In this document: positions 59,438 through 64,000 of the stretch, piece by piece
Position numbering within the stretch: position 1 is the stretch's first letter
Layout: each line of letters starts with the position of its first letter
Assembly: GCA_964650355.1 (NCBI GenBank)
Contig: CAZYTL010000001.1
Location: forward strand, 149,552 to 213,551
Length of the DNA stretch: 64,000 nucleotides
Direction: 5' to 3'
From: an uncultured Gammaproteobacteria bacterium
Lineage (GTDB): Bacteria; Patescibacteriota; Microgenomatia; CAYXHB01; CAZYTL01
Notes under the pieces: generated by a model
The model's database searches: none
Told to the model about the DNA's origin: nothing
The model's input: the letters and a program-made list of their open reading frames with translations, nothing else
Made by a program: the position numbers and the translations under genes

Positions 59438-60154
59438 TTAAAGACCATATCTTTTAATGGATTTTCTTTTTAATTTCAGCCTGGGTTTAACATCCATTGC
59501 CCGCCTCTGAAAATGCTCTACCATTGACTTTCTCATTGCTTCCTTTTGTATCCTCAATTCAGCAGATTTTTTGGTCATCCCGTTTGCAATTGCATAATCT
59601 AACGCTGCCCCCAGGGATAAAAACCTATGATACAGAGAGCTAAATCCAGGCTTCTTTGTCGTATCTGATGGTATGAAGTAGTTACCTCCCCGCTGAATTG
59701 AAATCTCTACTCCGGCAGAGTAACCGTAGTCAGGCATGGGGACCGGGAAAATAGCGTTACCTTCCCTGTAAAAACTATCCGGAGATCCGGTTGACTTCAA
59801 TTCGCTATCGCTAAATTCACGCTTCAATTTGGGGGTTAAAATCACAAAATCGCCTTGGCTATTTTTCATCCGCAACTCATGGATTACCAATGCCGAATCG
59901 GGAATTGAATAATGATCCTGATTGCCTACCAGGGTCGCGATAGCGCATGGAAGGTCTGTGTTATTGAGATCATCCCACTTCCAGTTAGGATCCGCCTTAA
60001 ACATTTCTGCAATAGCCTCATCCCAGACGTTATTTACATTCCTCGTACGGTCATCCAAAGAGTACTCGGAGTTAAATATAGCACTATTGCCAAACAATAA
60101 GAAGTCAATGTCAGCAACCAATGAAATAGATTTATCGGATGGATTATATTGCAC
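59438..60154 (-). CDS. Putative head-tail adaptor
   Basis: GTG start after SD AAGGAGG; WKWDD, YSIP, G.P..F, P.P, YHRFLSLGAA. Confidence 0.65.
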   Translation of the reverse strand: MQYNPSDKSISLVADIDFLLFGNSAIFNSEYSLDDRTRNVNNVWDEAIAEMFKADPNWKWDDLNNTDLPCAIATLVGNQDHYSIPDSALVIHELRMKNSQGDFVILTPKLKREFSDSELKSTGSPDSFYREGNAIFPVPMPDYGYSAGVEISIQRGGNYFIPSDTTKKPGFSSLYHRFLSLGAALDYAIANGMTKKSAELRIQKEAMRKSMVEHFQRRAMDVKPRLKLKRKSIKRYGL

Positions 60155-60593
60155 AGTAATTACCCTCCTTTCTTTCGATATAAAAATTATCGTATTCTTT
60201 ATGGCACGCAGCACATAATCTTAACCAGTCGCTCAAATCTCTTTTATACTGTCCACTCTTGTTAGCCCAATGAATATTATGTCCCTTTAACTCTGAACAA
60301 CCACATCGCTCACAGGTGGTGGGTTTTCCTAAAATTGCCCCAATCCACATATGAACAGCTCTATATTTAGCCTTAATTCCAAGCCATCTATTGGTGTTTT
60401 TCCCTCTTAATCCCAATTTCGCATTTCTCATTTTAAGCTTCGTTTCGTCTGAATGTTTTTTCCCGTAAAAACTATTTCTTTCGCCTACCCGAAGTTTGGC
60501 GGCACAAGATCTGGAACACGTTTTTCTCTTTCCTCCCAATGATGGATGAATATCAAAGTCTTTTTTACAAAATTTACATTGAAGTCTAACCAT
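60144..60593 (-). CDS. NUMOD3/HNH-type endonuclease
   Basis: CKFC..CSRSC, GKKHSDETKLKM, VHMW, CERC, WAN, LCAACH. Confidence 0.8.
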   Translation of the reverse strand: MVRLQCKFCKKDFDIHPSLGGKRKTCSRSCAAKLRVGERNSFYGKKHSDETKLKMRNAKLGLRGKNTNRWLGIKAKYRAVHMWIGAILGKPTTCERCGCSELKGHNIHWANKSGQYKRDLSDWLRLCAACHKEYDNFYIERKEGNYCAI

Positions 60594-60636
60594 AAGCGTT
60601 GTGGAATTTTGCACAACGCTTTGATTCATTATAACA
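60594..60636 (-). promoter_or_regulatory. Promoter-hairpin cassette copy 9
   Basis: TGTTATAAT-5nt-AAAGCGTTGTG CAAAATTC CACAACGCTT-ATG. Confidence 0.85.
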
Positions 60637-60768
60637 CCTAGACTAATTACTGCCTATAGAAACTTTCTCATAAATTACCCTTCTATTTACCCTTAATGAA
60701 GTTGAACTTTTTTAATCCTTTGTTGAACTAACATTCTCTAACAGCCACACTGTCCGGGAATTGTAAAA

Positions 60769-61017
60769 CTAAATTCGTTCATAAAAAATGTCTACGGTGA
60801 AGAGTTTTAGTAAACTCACCACCATTGCTTTCCTTCTTTTTTCCCCTCCACATTGACACTTTCTTTCTATTATTTGTTCTCCCACCTGTCGTTTTCCTCC
60901 TGTATCCTCAATAAAAATAGGATTGTGGATATGTGTCATGTCACAATCATTTAGGTCACAAAATATCCCCGGGTAAATTATTTTTTCTATTTTCTTTCGT
61001 AATTTAGTGTCTGTCAT
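60769..61017 (-). CDS. hypothetical phage protein
   Basis: ORF from MTDT. Confidence 0.45.
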   Translation of the reverse strand: MTDTKLRKKIEKIIYPGIFCDLNDCDMTHIHNPIFIEDTGGKRQVGEQIIERKCQCGGEKRRKAMVVSLLKLFTVDIFYERI

Positions 61018-61408
61018 GGTGTTTGGTTGGTAGAGTGGATAAAAGTTTTTCGTACTCAGCATTGACCGCTTTTTCAAACGTGTCGTAATATCTATCAACT
61101 GTTAGATATTTCTTCCAATCATCATGCTGTAAGTTGGTTTCAAACCCTTTTGGCGGTTCATAGAAAAGAAAACCTATACCAGCTCGGCAATAGTGAATAT
61201 CGTAAATATTTTTTGCTTCTTCAATTTTATGCAATTTTTCTAAGGTGTCCTCCCTCACCCTCTCCCCGTAGTCGGTGAAGGCTTGGGCAAGTAACTTCGA
61301 TATTTTTTCAGGATGCCAATACAAATTGCCATCATCCCCAATATCAGCTCCTGTTTTCATTATTTGCTGGACTATCTCCTCAATGGCGGGGTCGGTGGGT
61401 TTAGTCAT
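61004..61408 (-). CDS. hypothetical phage protein
   Basis: ATGA-coupled ORF. Confidence 0.55.
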   Translation of the reverse strand: MTKPTDPAIEEIVQQIMKTGADIGDDGNLYWHPEKISKLLAQAFTDYGERVREDTLEKLHKIEEAKNIYDIHYCRAGIGFLFYEPPKGFETNLQHDDWKKYLTVDRYYDTFEKAVNAEYEKLLSTLPTKHHDRH

Positions 61409-61632
61409 GGTGTTTGGTTGGGTTGGGCGGATGGTGGATTAAATCCTTTTATAATATATCCTTCGTCAAAATACTTAGGATCTAACACCATTGGTTGCTC
61501 TAGGTCAAAGTTTGTATCGTCTTTATCGCCACTAGCAAAACCATGCCAATATTTTTTACCTGTAACATCGTCAACCGCAAGCTCCCAACGGGCATCTTGT
61601 TCTCCTACCTCCATAGTTTTTTGGTTACTCAT
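61405..61632 (-). CDS. hypothetical phage protein
   Basis: ATGA-coupled ORF. Confidence 0.55.
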   Translation of the reverse strand: MSNQKTMEVGEQDARWELAVDDVTGKKYWHGFASGDKDDTNFDLEQPMVLDPKYFDEGYIIKGFNPPSAQPNQTP

Positions 61633-61940
61633 GATTCGTTCGCAATTTTAAGTAACACATCGGCGTGACAAGGTTGATCTAATGGACACCAGCAAGCGAG
61701 ATTTTTTCCCTTTAACTGTAATTTGACTAAGGCACGTTCATCCAACCCAATTCTGTCTATTAATTCTTTATAAAAAACAACAGCTCGTTCACGAGTAGAT
61801 GGGCATCTATTATCATCAGATAATTCACCCACTTTATAAGAATTGCCCCACTTGGTAGGTCTACCCACATAAACAGTATTCGGTGGCATCCGCCATCCTT
61901 TAGTTCGTTTTCTCTGGATTCTAACCGGTTGGGAGTTCAT
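61629..61940 (-). CDS. DUF4326-like protein
   Basis: YVGRPTKWGN, LKGKNLACWC, CHADVL. Confidence 0.85.
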   Translation of the reverse strand: MNSQPVRIQRKRTKGWRMPPNTVYVGRPTKWGNSYKVGELSDDNRCPSTRERAVVFYKELIDRIGLDERALVKLQLKGKNLACWCPLDQPCHADVLLKIANES

Positions 61941-62217
61941 AAAATTTAGCCGATTTAATAAACATCTCGGCGTGCTTTTGATCTAAACTAATCATCCTGG
62001 TTAATGTCTTTGTAATTCCTGCGGCTAACTGCATGGCTTCATCTACCCTCATATGCACATCCCAGCCAAATCCGGGCTTAGAGCTGGTAAATTTAACCCT
62101 AATTATGTCTTCTTTAACTCGATGTTTATTATTGTGGATTATTCCGACCTGACAATAATTACCTTTACTCATTACACTCTGCCAATGCCAGATAGTATGC
62201 TGTTTTTTGCTTTTCAT
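61921..62217 (-). CDS. hypothetical phage protein
   Basis: Overlap-coupled ORF. Confidence 0.5.
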   Translation of the reverse strand: MKSKKQHTIWHWQSVMSKGNYCQVGIIHNNKHRVKEDIIRVKFTSSKPGFGWDVHMRVDEAMQLAAGITKTLTRMISLDQKHAEMFIKSAKFYELPTG

Positions 62218-62345
62218 AGTGGCTTGATAGTCACCTGCACGTCACAAGGCATTTCTACCGTAGATTTAGCCTTCCTGGTTTGAAACAGGACCAAAGTAAT
62301 TAAACAATAAGTGATTAAAATGAGAATAATAAAATTTTTAGTCAT
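62214..62345 (-). CDS. 43-aa membrane peptide (not in ORF track)
   Basis: MTKNFIILILITYCLITLVLF...; fills gap with ATGA coupling. Confidence 0.45.
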   Translation of the reverse strand: MTKNFIILILITYCLITLVLFQTRKAKSTVEMPCDVQVTIKPL

Positions 62346-62347
62346 AA

Positions 62348-62695
62348 TTAAAGGGCTCTAATTCTCTCTAAGACATCTTCAGGACTATGCCCATCCCATG
62401 GGGGGGCTTTCTTTAGCTCCGGAACATGACATCGATCCCAGTATTCAATTGGCAGGTGATAGGTTATTTGCTCTCCTTCAAAAAATCCATAACCCAACAA
62501 AAACCAATTTTTCCATTCGCTTCCGTCAGAATGTTTTCTAGACTTCCACGCTGTTAGACTCAGTCTATTAATTAGGGCTATCCACAATTCGGTCCTACGC
62601 TCATAGAGTTCACCGAAAGTATAGAGCCCGTCACTTATCTGATTCGTGTCAGGTTTTAATTTTCTAATTAACCAATTAATCAGTTTTTCCTTCAT
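62348..62695 (-). CDS. Conserved phage protein (WDGH motif)
   Basis: SDGLYTFGELY, WKSRKHSDG, QITYHLP, WDGH. Confidence 0.7.
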   Translation of the reverse strand: MKEKLINWLIRKLKPDTNQISDGLYTFGELYERRTELWIALINRLSLTAWKSRKHSDGSEWKNWFLLGYGFFEGEQITYHLPIEYWDRCHVPELKKAPPWDGHSPEDVLERIRAL

Positions 62696-62826
62696 ACTTA
62701 AAAAATTGACTGGCTTGGCTCTCCAGTCTTGGTTGCCCCTCTTCGCGACTTCCCTTTTGGGTTTAGCCTAACCGGTGAGTGTGTATTTGCGGCTATACTT
62801 TCGCCATCTGCCAACCACCACCCATG

Positions 62827-63999
62827 CTACAAAAGATCCGGATTAATAAAAATCATTCCAGATTCGGTCTTTATTAAATTGTTTCGCTTCATGGTGTTGA
62901 TATACTCGTTAAAACTACCCCCCTTTGCGCTCATTCCTACCGCAAGAGCGATTTGAGATCTTGTGTGTTTCATGGGATAGGTATTAGCAAGCAGCCGGAG
63001 AATATCCGGAGCCGATCCCCGCAATTTGCTCGCCCACATCTCAATCTGACTATTGGGTATAACCTCCACGCCGTTCTGTATCTCCTCAAATTCCTCATCG
63101 CCGATTATTGCCGCTATCTTTTCTAGTTTCTTAGATAGCCGGCCAATCTCCTTATCCCTGGCCCTTAGTTGCTCTTCGTAGTCGTTCTCCAGTGATTTGA
63201 GCTGCTCATCAACCTGCTTTTGACTATAGCCTTTTTCAGTCCTTTGAGGAGTTGAGACAGGGACCGGACCATCATCGGATCCGGTTACATTACTGATAAA
63301 ATCATCAATAAAAGCTTGGATATCCATATCTTTATAGAGGCGGCCCGCCTGCCCTAGTCGTGGCATCCCAAATTTCATGTCTATCTTTTCTCTATCGGGA
63401 TGGAAAGTTTCGCGCTCCCGGATCCTTATTCTCTCAAAGGTCTTCAGAAATTCCGGTGACCAGAGCCATCCCTCGCCCGTGGGAAGAGAGGGGAGTGACT
63501 GCATAAATTCATTGAAGTCATCTTCGGCGGCGTGATACTCAACCCACTCCTTTAGAGCCTTGCGGTCCTGTGGTGCCGTATTTCTAAAGGCCAACAAAGT
63601 ATCAATCTGTGTCAAAACGTCTTTGTTGATCGTTGCGGCTCTTTGATTAATTAAAGTCACCCCCAGCCCCCGATTCCTTCCCATGACCACCAATGCTTCA
63701 ATTGCCGCAAAAACCTTACCCATGGCACCAAACACCCTCTGGGGAACGAATTCATGAGCTTCTTCAATAAAAACATGTCGGGGCCGGTCATTAATTCTCA
63801 ATAACTCTTCCGCCAAATCAGCCATAAGCTCTCTCTGGCCTACTTTCGGCATCCCAAAAGTGGAAATGATACAAGAGACATTCTCTTTTACGATGGCTTC
63901 AGCTATCTGCTTTCCCATCTTCCGGTCAATAGGAACGTCGGCGTGGTCCAATCCAAATACCACAATAGGCAGCCCCTTATCCATGCCATTCTTGGCGAA
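62827..63999 (-). CDS. HerA/FtsK-family ATPase with C-terminal winged helix (5' end outside window)
   Basis: VFIEEAHEF, GRNRGLG, NQR, LPTGEG; C-terminal TRSQIALAVGMSAKGGSFNEYI. Confidence 0.8.
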   Translation of the reverse strand, partial: FAKNGMDKGLPIVVFGLDHADVPIDRKMGKQIAEAIVKENVSCIISTFGMPKVGQRELMADLAEELLRINDRPRHVFIEEAHEFVPQRVFGAMGKVFAAIEALVVMGRNRGLGVTLINQRAATINKDVLTQIDTLLAFRNTAPQDRKALKEWVEYHAAEDDFNEFMQSLPSLPTGEGWLWSPEFLKTFERIRIRERETFHPDREKIDMKFGMPRLGQAGRLYKDMDIQAFIDDFISNVTGSDDGPVPVSTPQRTEKGYSQKQVDEQLKSLENDYEEQLRARDKEIGRLSKKLEKIAAIIGDEEFEEIQNGVEVIPNSQIEMWASKLRGSAPDILRLLANTYPMKHTRSQIALAVGMSAKGGSFNEYINTMKRNNLIKTESGMIFINPDLL

Positions 64000-64000
64000 C

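Larger units (their letters stand above)
31000..64000. mobile_element. Integrated podovirus-like prophage (right end outside window; left boundary approximate)
   Basis: Integrase, then about 32 kb of mostly minus-strand phage genes (terminase, capsid, portal, lysin) directly after host ABC operon. Confidence 0.92.

Noticed and set aside
34321-60636. Cassette as CRP/FNR operator (three copies read TGTGA-N6-TCACG; a Crp gene is at 2722)
   Set aside because: Other copies have 4-, 11- or >30-nt spacers, and conservation extends to AAAGCG/CGCTTT with G.U-type substitutions; not excluded but fits poorly.
34321-60636. Cassette as CRISPR repeats, REP/MITE elements or integron attC sites
   Set aside because: Copies are dispersed, strand-biased and tied to promoters and start codons; no spacers, cas genes, target duplications or GTTRRRY cores.
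31110-64000. Stop-codon reassignment in the phage
   Set aside because: Long ORFs are intact in code 11, and TGA, TAG and TAA all end genes with coupled downstream starts.

Overview
Two parts. (1) About 1-30,980 is bacterial chromosome that looks Patescibacteria/CPR (Microgenomates-like); this is inferred from a short IF-2, a nusA-infB-DHH cluster without rimP/rbfA, GH57+glgA, and cohesin/Ig surface proteins. It holds metabolic, glycosylation and ABC genes and tRNA-Thr(CGT). (2) From about 31,000 to the window end is an integrated podovirus-like prophage: tyrosine integrase, lysis genes, repeat-rich fibre, capsid, scaffold, terminases, tRNA-like gene, 2102-aa ejection protein, portal, HNH and a HerA-like ATPase. 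The strongest signal is a dispersed cis-element that opens nine minus-strand late transcription units. It is a sigma70-type -10 box (usually TGnTATAAT), followed within 5-21 nt by a hairpin with a near-invariant 5' arm AAAGCGTTGTG, a G.U-tolerant 3' arm, a variable loop and often a U-tract, and it usually sits at or near an SD-less ATG. It is a candidate undescribed RNA-level late-gene switch. Other notable signals: four head-associated or head-region proteins share a basic-[YF]GL C-terminus, a tRNA has an Arg-like body but an ATC anticodon, two unannotated zinc-ribbon mini-ORFs sit beside the integrase, the structural gene order is shuffled, and a host Hsp70-like gene has a uORF/terminator leader. 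All calls are by eye; no searches were run.
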